A DNA stretch of 64,000 bases, taken from contig BQFW01000014.1 of assembly GCA_020891255.1 (NCBI GenBank), positions 434,001 to 498,000 of the forward strand, in the 5' to 3' direction. This stretch comes from Entomortierella parvispora E1425. Its lineage: Eukaryota; Fungi; Mortierellomycota. The position numbers were made by a program, and so were the translations under genes. A model generated the notes under the pieces. The model was not told where the DNA came from, searched no databases, and worked only from the letters and a program-made list of their open reading frames with translations. Positions 11,673 through 23,748 of the stretch are shown piece after piece (positions within the stretch are counted from its first letter, which is position 1; each line of letters begins with the position of its first letter).

Positions 11673-13791
11673 ATGTCTGAAAGAGTCACCCTCTTTGTCT
11701 ACGACCTGTCCCAGGGCATGGCCCGTACAATGTCTATGGGCCTCATGGGCCGTCAAATCGGTACTTTACATTCCATTCACTTGTCGAGAATGTCTCTGGC
11801 CGGCAAGAAAACTGATGCTGTGTATTTACCCATACTAGACGCCATCTACCACACGTCTGTCGTCGTCTTTGGCCGCGAATTTTTCTATGGCCAGGGCATC
11901 ATGAGCGCCATTCCAGGAACCACCCAACATGGAACTCCTATCGAGCACGTTGACATGGGCGTGACCGAGATTCCACAGGAGGTCTTCATGGAGTTCATGG
12001 ACAACATGCGGGAGACATTCACAGCGGATGCATATCATCTCTTGGACAACAACTGCAATAACTTTTCGAACGAGGTTTGCCAATTCCTGGTCGGACAACC
12101 TATCCCAGCCCACATCACGTCCTTGCCAGCCGATTTCTTGAACACTCCTTTTGGACAGACGATGCGACCTATGATTGAAGGCATGTTTGGACCCAGTCGC
12201 CACACCCCAAGCCCCGTTCCACCTTCTGCTGCACCCCCAGCGTCACTCTCAGCGCCGACTTCTCTTTCGTCACTTTCTCTTAATCCCTCATCGTCTGGGA
12301 CGGTCGCCTTCATGACCGATCTTGGGCAACTCAATAACGCAATCCAAAGCAACCCAGCAACTGTTGTCTACTTCACATCTGCAACATGCCCGCCATGCAG
12401 AGTCATTGCGCCCATTTATGACGAACTTGTGTTGTCAAAAGGAAAGCAAATCTTTGGCGTAAAAGTCGACATTGGCATGGCGCAGGCGATCGGTCGTGCG
12501 TACGAGGTTCGATCGACTCCTACTTTCATGTTCTTTCTCAAGGGCAAAAAGTTTTCTCAGTTTTCAGGAGCCAACCAAGCCGAACTCCGGAGTAGCATTG
12601 ATCTGTTGATCTACAGTGCCCACCCAGGTATGTTCGCTTGCCTATCCTGTAGCTGCTGGATTTGCTTGCAAGATTTGGTCACTGTCAGTCGAGGCAGTTA
12701 CTAACACACTTTCGCCCTAATTATTTAGCCCATCCACACGCCCTGCTGTCTCTTAAACAGTACAAAGCTCTTTCTGGAGTCCCTATTCTGTTTTCATCTC
12801 TGAGCTCTCTGGATGCAGTATTTGCAAAGCTAAGGACTTTCCTCCCTACTGAAGGAGGATTGTCTCAAGCAGAGGTCAAGCAGTTGGATAAGATTCACTC
12901 CTGGCTCCGTAAACGAGAGGAAGCCAAGACAAACCCAGGAACAGAACCTTCCATGGGCGAATTGGGGGCGACTTGGAAACCCCTTTTAGGTGCGGATCAA
13001 ATTAGAGGATACCTGGTGTCATAACTTTCACATCTGTCAAACTCACATCGCTAATTGTTTTTTTATGACCGTCATCTGTAGGCAAGTTGATTACATTGTT
13101 GCCATATGAAACCCAATTCCCGCTATGGGACATTATTCGAATGCTGGTATTGCATCCCCGAGTTGCTGAGGTCTATGCCAAAGATGGAAACCTCACCCTG
13201 GTCAATATGTTCAAGAATGTGGGAGCCAAGGGGGATGAGGGCTCCAAACCAGTGGCACTGATGACCCTTCGGGTGGCCTGCAATGGATTCGGAACACCAC
13301 TTCTCGGAACCTATATTCTCTCGTCTGCCGCTCGAGAGGCTACCAAGCAGCTTCTAGTGTCTACACTTTTGTCAACTGTGCCTCAACAGCGACAGACGGC
13401 CGCATCTCTTGCCTTTAACATTGGCGTCAAGATTGCAGAGTCGCGGAGTCAAGTCTTGAATGTTGCTTCACCCACAATTTCAGGAGGACCACTGGAGGAT
13501 CTGGAGGAAGACTGGTCTATGGAATGTTTGAGCGCCATCGCGACAGCCATTGAAAAGGAGGAGACAGAGGAGATTTTGCATCGGTTGTTGGGATCAGTAG
13601 CAAACTTCATATTCATGGAAGAGCCCTTTTCTGGAGCGGTGCTTATGAACATTCTGGGCCTGCCCGAGACATTGGACAAGAAAATCCAGGACAAGATCGT
13701 GATAAGCGCGAATGTGGTGGGCCTCTGCCGTGAGGTCAAGGAGATGGTTAGCTCTGCAGTTACCGAGCAAGCACGGCGTCAAGACGAATGA
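11673..13791 (+). CDS. PPPDE (DeSI-type) peptidase - thioredoxin - PUL domain protein
   Basis: VYDLSQG start, catalytic IYHTSVVV and LDNNCNNFS, thioredoxin ATCPPCRVI, C-terminal PUL-like FPLWDIIR...RQTAASLAFN; GT-AG introns. Confidence 0.9.
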
Positions 13792-14085
13792 TACAAGGGA
13801 TAGAGAATGTAAACTATTTAATAAACGACTAGGGAATCCCTATAGTGACAGTTCAGCACCAATGGTGACAGTTCAACATCGTGCAATGACGCGTCTCTCA
13901 ATAAACATATACACAGATTGCACATTTGTTGAAGTAAGGTCTTAGGAAGTATATTATTTTGAACAAAAAAAATACAGGTTTGCATATTGAAACAAGAAGG
14001 GTATGGCAGATTGTTCTTTTTTAAGAGTCAAGAACGAAGAGTAGATTGGAGAAGTTTGTCCATGGACTGTCCGAGATACCATTGC

Positions 14086-15105
14086 TCAAAGAGCTTCAAG
14101 GCAGCAGCACAAGCAAGCTCCCAGCGCGCTATGGACCCCCAAAAAAACAAAAAAAAAATCACGGCGTTAGATTTCGAAGACAAGCATGTTGATGCTGTGT
14201 GGCCCATGCCATTTGTTGTTTTGTGTTGCTCGTTCGCCCGAAGCCACTCTTTGTATGTCGATTTTGCTTTATCGGTAAAAAAAAAAAAAAAAAAAAAAAA
14301 AAGAGTGGACTCGTGGCGATTGCAACAAAGATGAGAGAAAACAGTGCTCAAATCGCTCATTTTTTTTTGCACGTTCGTTTTATGAGGGCGATAAATCCTG
14401 TCAAACATCCCACCCTTCCTCTCAACTCTGACTCTTTCTTTTACTTTCTTCATCTAATAAGGTTCCGTTGCAGAGCGTGCCACCAAGAGCTCAACCCACT
14501 TTCAGACCACAACTTGGAAAACAAACGAAGGAGAGAAAGGACAGGGCAGGAATGTATGATTTTTTTTGTCACTTACCATCCAAAGCAAAGATCGTCATTG
14601 TTGTTCCTTTGAGGGGCCGCTGTCTGTTGGATGATGACGGTCTGAGGTTGTGGGGTTGCTATTTGGAGACAGGACAAGGTTGAAATCAGAGAGAAACCGA
14701 AAGGGTTAATTGGTCAGTTGGACTTTCACTCCTCTTTTTCTCTTGATTGAGGAGGACGAAGGCTGTGGACAAATATTTTTCCTCAAGCAGACTGATTATT
14801 CAGGAACAGGCCTCTTTTTTTTGGTGATGGAGTTGGGCGAGTGGGGGAGAGTTTGGTGAAAAGACCTTACCTTGGGGATAGTATGCCTGTTGTTGAGGAG
14901 GGTATGGCTGGTAAGGGGATTGCTGAGGAGGGTAGGCGGGTTGGCCGTAGGAGGCTGCAGGGTACTGGGGTTGTCCGTAAGCGGGCTGGCCATACGGAGG
15001 CTGGCCGTAAGCAGGTTCACCGTAGGCGGGTTGGCCGTAGGATGCCGACTCGGGGTATTGGGGAGGAGGAGAGTTGGGGTAGTAGCCTTTGTCTTGAGTT
15101 GCCAT
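14086..15105 (-). CDS. CYSTM-type protein (Pro/Gln/Tyr-rich N-terminus, Cys-rich TM C-terminus), three exons
   Basis: YGQPAY repeats; exon 2 ...TVIIQQTAAPQRNNNDDLCFG; exon 3 completes CALGACLCCCLEAL*; splice phases consistent. Confidence 0.85.
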
Positions 15106-16149
15106 TGCGAATGAGTGTTGGAGTAGGTGGATGGAGAGATGAGAGAGATGAGAGAGATGAGAGCTGACAGAAAGAGGAAAAAGAAGAATAAAAAGTCGAC
15201 GTCTAGAATGAAGGTCAGGCAGGCTGGGCTGTTGGGCACAGGGTTATGTCCTGTTCCACAGTGCCTGAACGGGCCGGAACTCGACCCATGCCAGCCTTTT
15301 CCTGGCCACGCACTGCTCGCGCTCGCCCACCAATGTCATCCCCCTCTCCCCTTTCGGTCTTTTGGCCATACCTAACCAGCCCGCCAACTCACCGCCACAG
15401 ATCTTATCCCTGCCAGCTCACTCATTCGTGCTCGCTGCTCCCTCGGTTGATTGCAATTGAGGGAAATACACACAGGGACATCTCCAGTCAGAACCATCCG
15501 CCAACAGGCAACAGTCGTATTTTTAGTCAGTAGGGCGACGCAATCCATCTGCACTGTACTTCTTTCGTTTCGCAGTTGCTCTCTCTCCTGTCTTTTCGCT
15601 TTGCCATAGAATTCATGTCCTGGAAAATGAATCGCATGGAAACCATCGAAGATTTCTTTTGATCACAGAGTCAAGATCTTTGCCAAAAACCCCCCAACCG
15701 TGCCGCTTTCTCTACCTCGTTTATTTTTGCCTCTTTCAGGGGAAGTCTTTTGTTGTTGTCCCCTGTCATTGTTTGCAACTACAGCCGCCTCTGCAGTCGC
15801 CACCACAGCCGCTGTCGAAAAACATTGATAATGTAGTTGTCAATAATGGAATTATCCGTACCAGACACTGGTACCATGCGCCCAAACCTTTTTGTTGCAA
15901 GATCTGATCACGACCACTACAAAACGTCTAACAGCGCCACCCACGCGAGCAATGATCAGACCATTTCGGCGCTAATGGTGAGATCTAAGCAGATCAGACC
16001 CTTGAATCAAGAACATGGACAAATACCGAGGGCAGTTGTCGCAACGGCTCTTTTCTATATCAAGCTATGAAGACGGACACTCTTGTCGTTTTTTTCTTTC
16101 GTCGACTCCGAGTTTTTTGCAAAGACAATTGCATCTACTTCATAAGGTA

Positions 16150-16765
16150 TCATGAGAGTGCTTTCCCTGCGCCCAGGCCGTGGATCCAATGTCTGTCTGT
16201 TCCTTTGTAGTATATGACTTCAATCTCAGCTAGCACACAAAGCCCCAAGCAGATCACTATCCTGGCCCTGGAGGCACGACAGATTGGTCGCAGATAGAGT
16301 CCATGACCATACATATCGGTCGGGTCGCCTTTATGGAAGGTTGGATCCAGACGAGTGCTTGAAGAGAAAAGGCCGTTCGTCTCTCCGACGTAGATCTGAA
16401 GTCCAGAATCAATGAAGGCCACGAGGATAAACAACACACTAAGCACAATCCGAATGAATCCGTTGTACGTTCTCAACGATGCTACTGCGATAGTTTCTGA
16501 CCCACCTGCGCTTTTCTTGGAGCTGGACGAATGATCGGCTTGGGCGGGGAAAAGGTGCGCCCAGCCATCTCAAATAATAGTAACGTAGCATGAACCAGGT
16601 ATCAGGATTAAAGACTGGTATCCATATTTCAATGGGCCATAATGATCCGTTTTTGGTCACCAGCGCGACATGAGCAATGTCCAGTGACAGGCAAACCAAG
16701 CCCAGAAACGAAATGGCGATATAGAGCTAATAGATCCGGATGTAAGAAGCCAACAAACTTGACAT
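16150..16765 (-). pseudogene. Disrupted member of a lineage-type four-TM protein family
   Basis: MSSLLASYIRIY*LYIAISFLGLVCLSLDIAHV...NPDTWFMLRYY; in-frame TAG at 16729-16727 and a frameshift near 16480 before RTYNGFIRIVLSVLF...CRASRARIVICLGLCVLAEIEV; homologous to 17100-17738. Confidence 0.75.
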
Positions 16766-17099
16766 TTCGTTCTAAGAGAAGAGAGTTTTGGTGGATGGTG
16801 GGTGGAGTGATTTGGTTTGAAAGAAGGAAAGAAAGAAGAGACAGAGTGCATTGAATGACGCGAAGAAAGACGAGTCTTTGAAAGGATCGGCTTGTCGAGT
16901 CAGACGTTTCTGGTGAGACACTGGCAGGGTCCAATCTCCTTTGCGCTCAACGCCCAAACTCTGCTGCACCCGTTCGCGGAAGAGAACGATTGACTTATCC
17001 AAGGCATTGAATTCCCCTTGGTCCTTCCTGACATAAAGTATGGAAATGTATTACTGAGATACTAAAATATGGGTATTAAAACTGAGAAGATCTACATAC

Positions 17100-17738
17100 T
17101 TAGACTTGGGCGAGTTCGACAGATTTGTCCATGTCCTCCCTGTGACCATTGTTGACCCATTCCACCGTGCCAATATCTGTTCTCCAGTAGCAAACCACTT
17201 CCACCAAGGCCGCCAAAATAAGGATGAGGACAAACATGAATCTCGCGCGTTGGAGGCGGCATTGGCTCAGCAACTGTCCATAACCTGACTCAGCCAGTAG
17301 AGACGCTGGAGGCCCTGAGCAGAAAAAGATGTCGGTCGCAAAGGGACGGAGGTCAACTTTTTGGTCCACTCTGGCGGAATTTATTTCGAGCAAAAAGCCT
17401 GTAATCTCGAGCACAGGTGCGACCAATGCAAGAGCAACGATGATAATGCTGAAGGCGATTCGGGAGGTTCGGTTGTGCACCGTACGTGGTTGAGTGTAGC
17501 TAGTCTTGGTGAAGGTGGTTCCTGAGGCGGCGGTCTTGCGGTGGGCGAGGTAACGGCCAGCGAACCAAATGTCGGGACAGAGGAGCAAGATGAAAGTTAA
17601 AGGGCTGAGAGAAGATCCGGCTTGGACGGCCAGAGCCAACTCGGTGATGTCAAGGATCAGGCAGACACAACCGACCACTGACAGAAACGTGCAGAGGTAG
17701 AAGACGGGTTTGTAGGAGGAGGATTTTGATCGTGTCAT
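17100..17738 (-). CDS. Four-TM protein of an unrecognised family
   Basis: 212-aa intronless ORF from MTRSKSSSYK; hydrophobic helices; VCLILDI, CPDIWFAGRY, CRLQRAR motifs; TATAAAA about 65 bp upstream. Confidence 0.75.
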   Translation of the reverse strand: MTRSKSSSYKPVFYLCTFLSVVGCVCLILDITELALAVQAGSSLSPLTFILLLCPDIWFAGRYLAHRKTAASGTTFTKTSYTQPRTVHNRTSRIAFSIIIVALALVAPVLEITGFLLEINSARVDQKVDLRPFATDIFFCSGPPASLLAESGYGQLLSQCRLQRARFMFVLILILAALVEVVCYWRTDIGTVEWVNNGHREDMDKSVELAQV

Positions 17739-18552
17739 GTTGTTTGGAAGTGAGGTGGTTTGTGAAGGTGGACTGGGGTCGTGGTGAAAGTATGACCGCC
17801 TTTTATAGGGTCGACCGAGGGACCAAGGAGTCGATTCTTGAACCAATCCCGGGGATGGCGCAGGATCTGTGCGACCTTGGGAGCAGTCGACAGGTCATTG
17901 GAACATTCTCATCCCGCGCGGTCGTCTTTTGACATGGAGGTATAAAATAAAAAAAGTCTATTCAGCTTTAGGTGCCAGGCACAGGACTCACCTTCGCTTT
18001 CCGCGATGTGTTTGTTGTGAACGGTCGGAATTCCTGGAACTGACTATGGATGATTTTCAGCGGTGCTCAACCAGCAATTTTTTCTAAGAAAGGAAGTGAG
18101 GCGGCCAATGGGCAATGCCCTCAGTGAAGGAGATGGGTGGCGGTGAGAAAAAAAGGAAGCGGGCTGAAAGGAAATGCCCTCAAATCTGCAGCTTGGTGGA
18201 GGTAGTGGTGGTGACCACAAATGAAAGAGTACCATGCGCCAATTTTCCCAGGAAAACTTTCGTGCTTCGAATGTCCCGAACTCGGAGCGCCACCAATGCG
18301 AGCCGAACAGAGCTGCTCCCATGCGGCTACCATGTAATTCTCATTCCTCTTCATCATCATCATCATCAACAACACCGGCATCGTCGACACCGTCGTCATT
18401 CCCCTCCCTCCTTTCCCTATCCCCTCCCTGTCCATCGAGGACGCTGCATGGATCCCTTTCCTAATCGTGCCTTTTAGCTTCTTTTTTCACTCCTTTTTCA
18501 TCTGCCCCCGATTTCGACGCCTATCCTTCTTTCATTTAGTCACTTCCACGCA

Positions 18553-20025
18553 ATGCGTCCATCGTTCATCTCCACCCTCGGAGTCCTGTTGACCGTGTGC
18601 ACAGTCCTCCCGCAAACCGGGGCCCAGCAGTTGTGCAATGGATACGCCGAACTTTGCGCGAAACCATACAGCCAGGTCTCGTACGCCACCGCCCACAACG
18701 CGTATGCATTCGCGCCCCGCAACGGCATTGCCACCAACCAAGACAACAACATTCAGATTCAGCTGAAGGACGGCATTCGCGCATTCATGCTGGATGCGTA
18801 CAATGTACCTTCTGGCAACCCCAATGACATTGAGCTCTGCCATACCTCTTGTAAGGGCTCTTTGGTTCTTGCTTGAGCCTCGGTTTAATTGCTCATGCAG
18901 CTATTCTTTTTTCTTTCTTGGATCCTCTCTGATCTTTTTTCCTTGATTCACTTTAGGCAGTCTCCTGGACGGAGGACCCCTGTCAAAAACCCTCGCTTTG
19001 TTCAAGGCGTTTATGGACGCGAATCCGAACGAAGTCATTACGATCCTCTGGGAAAACGCACAAAACCTGACACCTACCCATTTCCAGGTAAAGAGAATCT
19101 ATCATTTTTGTGGACAGTGCATGTCCTCCGCGTCTTTGTCATGCATTATAACTGATCCTTCTTTTTCATTAATAGACCGTCTACAATGCATCTGGACTCG
19201 TACCTTATTCATACGCGCAAGCCAAGGGGAACACGACCTGGCCGACCTTGGCACAGATGATTGCTAGTGGCAAGAAACTGGTCAGCTATCTGGACACTGG
19301 CGCGGACGCCTCTGTGCCATGGTAATGGCATCTGGTGTTGTAACAGGCGTGTAAGGGGCCGACGGCTAAACGCAAGAATTCCTATGGTTTTACTAATGAC
19401 CCATATGCCTCCCCTTTCCTCCTCTTTCGACAGGCTGATGGCAGAGTACGACTTTATTTTCGAAACCCCCTGGAACCTTGTGAAAGGCGGTGGTTACCCG
19501 TGCACAGTGGATAGGCCCAAGGATCAGAGAAAACAGGTAACAGGCTCAAGTGCCAAGATTTTGTCGGTCGATCGAATGAAGAAAGTGGCATCTAATGACT
19601 CTTTCCCCTTGTAGATGTACGTCCTCAACCACTTCATCTATGGGGACTTCAAACTGGGCAACACAACTGTATCCATTCCTCAGAAGGGATCTGCAAACCA
19701 GACCAACGGACCCGATCTGACGTCCCACGTCAACTCGTGCGAAACGACGTTCAACCAGATCCCCAGCTTTGTGGCCGTGGACTTTTACGAGATTGGATTG
19801 TTGCTCCAGATGGTTGCCAAGGTGAACAATGTCACCTGGAATGGACAGTTGGCAACACAACCTCCACCTTTACCAGGAGCCACCGGACCTGGATCTGGAT
19901 CTGGATCTGGATCTGGAGGTGGATCGGGAACCTCTGGCAATGGAGCTGATGCGACCAGTATAAGTCTGGGTGCCCAGTTCTTCAGTGCCTTGGCCCTTGT
20001 CCTCTTGAGCTTGGTGGCCATCTAA
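18553..20025 (+). CDS. Secreted, probably GPI-anchored PLC-like phosphodiesterase (PI-PLC X-domain-like)
   Basis: Signal peptide; LCNGYAELCAKPYSQVSYATAHNAYAF, TNQDNNIQIQLKDGIRAFMLDAY, PNFV-type FVAVDFYEIG; Gly/Ser linker plus hydrophobic C-terminus; several introns. Confidence 0.88.
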
Positions 20026-21655
20026 AAAAAAAAGAGTTATATAAGTTTATGACTATATAGCTTTTCTCCACTCGAGTCAGCGACAGTTTGCACAGTTGCG
20101 AAATAGCGTAGGCAGACAAAAATACCCCGCAACCAATCTTTATAAATGAACGCGTAACCATGTGCACCTTTTATGGAGGCTACCCAGCCAAGAAGGTGGG
20201 CACTTTAGCTTTCTTTCCCCAGTCCTTTTACAAGGTAAGGGTACAAGGCGACAGGGTATTGTCGGGTTCGACAGGAGCTTTTTTCTGGGATGAGCAAAAG
20301 GGAAGTCCTTCCGATGAAAAGGGGCCGCACAAGGGTGTCGGACTTTGCTCGAGGGCTGCAATTGATTGGGTTGTTGACTTTAACCCATCATGCGCAAACT
20401 GGATCCCCGCGCCTTTGACGAGCATGAGTGGATCGCTCTCTCTGAGACAAAGCCCCCCACCGTGGCAATTGCTCAACAGAGGTACATGTACATGGGTTTT
20501 GATGAGGTGAGATGACGAAGTTCGACGGGACCTGGATACGCTACCGGCGGTAAACTCGAAATTAGTGCCAATATCATACTATGGAAGAGAACCGACAAGG
20601 AGGCTTTGCTTCATATTGAAGTTCAGACAAGGTGGCGCTGACGGTTCCTGGCTGCAGAAGATTGGCCTTTTGTTACAGTAACAACAAATATTCTCCGAAA
20701 GAAGGAACAAGGTGACCATGCAGAGGTGCGATAGCAGGGGGATTGATGATGGTCAGAGTGAGTGCTTCATTTAATTTTTTTTTTTTTTTTTGTGGATTGT
20801 TGTTGTAAAAAAAGGGCATTCGCCGCGAATAGGCTTGGGGCAACGGTCCAAGGAGAAAGGGCGAAGAGGATGACGGGTTTAGCCTCAATGACTCTTCTGA
20901 TTACATTCACATTGGGCAGACCAAAATAAAAGAAAAAAAAGATTTTGGCCGTTTTTTGACGTTGTGGCACAGACAGGCTGTTACTGCTGTGGCCGATCTC
21001 TCATTTGATGGCTGCTGGGGAAGCGTGGAAAAAGGCGCCGCGCTTTTAATCTTCTTTTCGACTGACATTCAGTCAGCGCTCCCGGATGCTGGCTGGGAGA
21101 GGGTGCGCTTGCAGCAAGAGCAGCAGGGAATCAATCAAGTCTAGAAGCGCCTGTTCCTTCCAGAACGGCATTCAAACAGAAAAAAAAATCTTCAATTGGC
21201 GAAAGAGGGTCAGTCAGACCGTGGTGATGCCCGCTGTACTTCTCTTCGGGTGAGTCGTGTGAGCGACTGCTGGACAGCTGCGACAGCGAAGGCCAGAAAG
21301 AAGAAAAGGCGAACTCGGGCACCCTTTTCGCCTCTCTCTTTCCTCTTCTCTTTTTCTTCGCACGCTCTGTCCCATCTCCACTTTCGGCCACCTCTCCTCC
21401 TTTTCGCTTCCCTCCCCTCTACTCACTGTTCTATACCCTACCTGTCTGTCCGCAGCATCCGTCACTCTCTCCTCCCACCACTCGCAAAATATCCCTGTTC
21501 TTGGGCTTGTCTCTTTCCCTCAATCCCCACTTTGACCGCCAACCTTCTTCTTTCTTTCTCCGACTCGATTTGTCGTCTATCGCATCTATCTCTATCCCAT
21601 TCTCAACCCAAACGTTTTGCCCATCACGGCTCGCCGACACAGTATCGCTCAAGAG

Positions 21656-23748
21656 ATGCAGAAAGAAGAGTTCACCTCGTTTGACGAAGGTGACAAGGTC
21701 GAGGTTTCTGCATACGACAAGCAGGAGGGATCAGCCTCATTGCACGATGATGCTGACCTTAGCACCGCTGCTCACGGCGAGGCTGGTCTGCAGCGTAACC
21801 TGCAGGCTCGCCACTTGACCATGATCTCCCTCGGTAAGGATCGAGCCCAACACACCTCTGCTCCCTTTTCAATCACTCTCTCTTCTCCCCACCGCTCCGA
21901 TTTACCCAGACCCAGTCATCCTACCACATTGCCCGCATCTGGATATACTACGGGCTTTTTTTTTTGCTTGGGAGCAAACAGATCTTCAAAACTGAACGAC
22001 AAATTGTTTGTTGTACGACAAACAAAACTGAGGCAAATTTTCTCACCCACCCTCCTCTTCCCTTTTGCGTCCAGGCGGCACCATTGGTACGGGTCTGTTC
22101 TTGGCCTCGGGCTCGAGTATTGCGATTGCAGGTCCTGGTTTCTCCCAGATTGCCTACTGCTTGATCGGAACCATGATCTACGCCATGATGTCCAGCTTGG
22201 GTGAAATGGCCACGTACCTGCCCATCACCGGATCCATCAACGCTTACGGTACCCGCTTCTTTGACCCAGCTCTCGGATTCACGCTCGGTAAGGTCCTTTC
22301 TAATATTTGTTGGGCCAACGGCAACATTTTTTCCACTGTTGCCTGAAACCTGAGGCATGAGCTTGCGATAGGTCCCTCGATCTGATCCACTAGCAGGGCA
22401 CTAGCACAGCCTTGGGCCAACCCCGTTGACGTCACGTGCTGATATTCTTTCTTTTCCTTATCTTTCCCCAGGCTGGGTTTACTGGTTCTCATGGTCCGTT
22501 ACTCTGGCGACCGAACTAGTGGCCTCCTCACTCATCATTTCGTACTGGATATCGATCGAAAGATGTCCCGGATGGGTCTGGGCCGTGGTCTTTATCACCG
22601 TCTTGACCTCTCTGAATCTCACGTCCGTCAAGGCCTATGGTGAGACCGAGTACTGGCTGTCGCTGATCAAGGTGCTAGCTGTCGTTGTCTTCATCATTGT
22701 TGGATTCCTGTACATTGGCGGCGCTGTTGGACACGTTCCCGAAGGATCGCCCAAGCCTGGTAGCCAAATCTTTGACATGGCACCCTTCAACGGCGGCTTT
22801 TCAGCACTGTTCTCCATCTTTTTGAACGCTGGATTCTCTTTCCAGGGTGCGGAATTGGTCGGTATCGCTGCTGGTGAGACCAAGAACCCTCGCAAGAACG
22901 TCCCCCGCGCCATTCGCCAGGTCTTTTGGCGTATCCTGGGTTTCTATGTGTTGACCATCCTCATCATTGGTATGACCATCCCCTACAATGATCCCGAGTT
23001 GGCCAACCCCCAAGGTGATGTGTTGTCCTCCCCTTTCACCCGTGTCTTTGTCCAGGCTGGTATCTCCATCGGAGGTGACATCATGAACGCTGTCATCTTG
23101 GTCGCCGTCTTGTCCGCTGGTAACTCGGGTCTCTATGCCTCCTCTCGTGCTTTGCATACGTTGTCCAAGGAAGGAAACGCGCCAAAGTTCCTGGGCTATG
23201 TGAACCGTTACGGTGTCCCCGTTTACTGCGTCCTTGCTACGTCCTTGGTTGGTTGCTTGGCCTTCATTGTGTCGCTGCCACAGATTGGTCAGGGTCAGGC
23301 CTATAACTGGCTCTTGGCCCTGGCCTCGACCACTGGATTCATTGCCTGGATCGGTATTGCTTTCTGCCACTTGCGATTCCGCATGGCCTACAAAGCCCAG
23401 GGTCGTTCCCTCAAGGATTTGCCCTTTGTGTCCAGACTTTATCCCTTTGGACCCGTCTATGTTCTCGTGGTGTGTTTGGTGATCTTGTTCGGACAGGGCT
23501 ACACGGCCTTCTCCCCCTTCAGCGTCAAGGCCTTCTTGTCCGCCTACGTGACGTTGCCCTTCATTGTGATCTTGTACGTTGGCAACAAGCTGTGGGCAAA
23601 GACAAAGATCTTGCGTTTGGTCGATGTGGATCTGGACACTGGCAGGAGCTTCCTTGACACGACCATGCCCGTAGGCAACGATATCGGCACTGAGGAACCC
23701 AAGGGAAAGGTCCACATGTTCCGCCGCGCTGTTGCCTCCATCTTCTAA
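21656..23748 (+). CDS. Amino-acid permease (APC superfamily, YAT/LysP-like)
   Basis: LQRNLQARHLTMISLG|GTIGTGLFLASG, YGETEYWLSLIKV, FSFQGAELVGIAAGETKNPRKNVPRAI, DVDLDTG; introns after SLG and FTLG. Confidence 0.95.
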
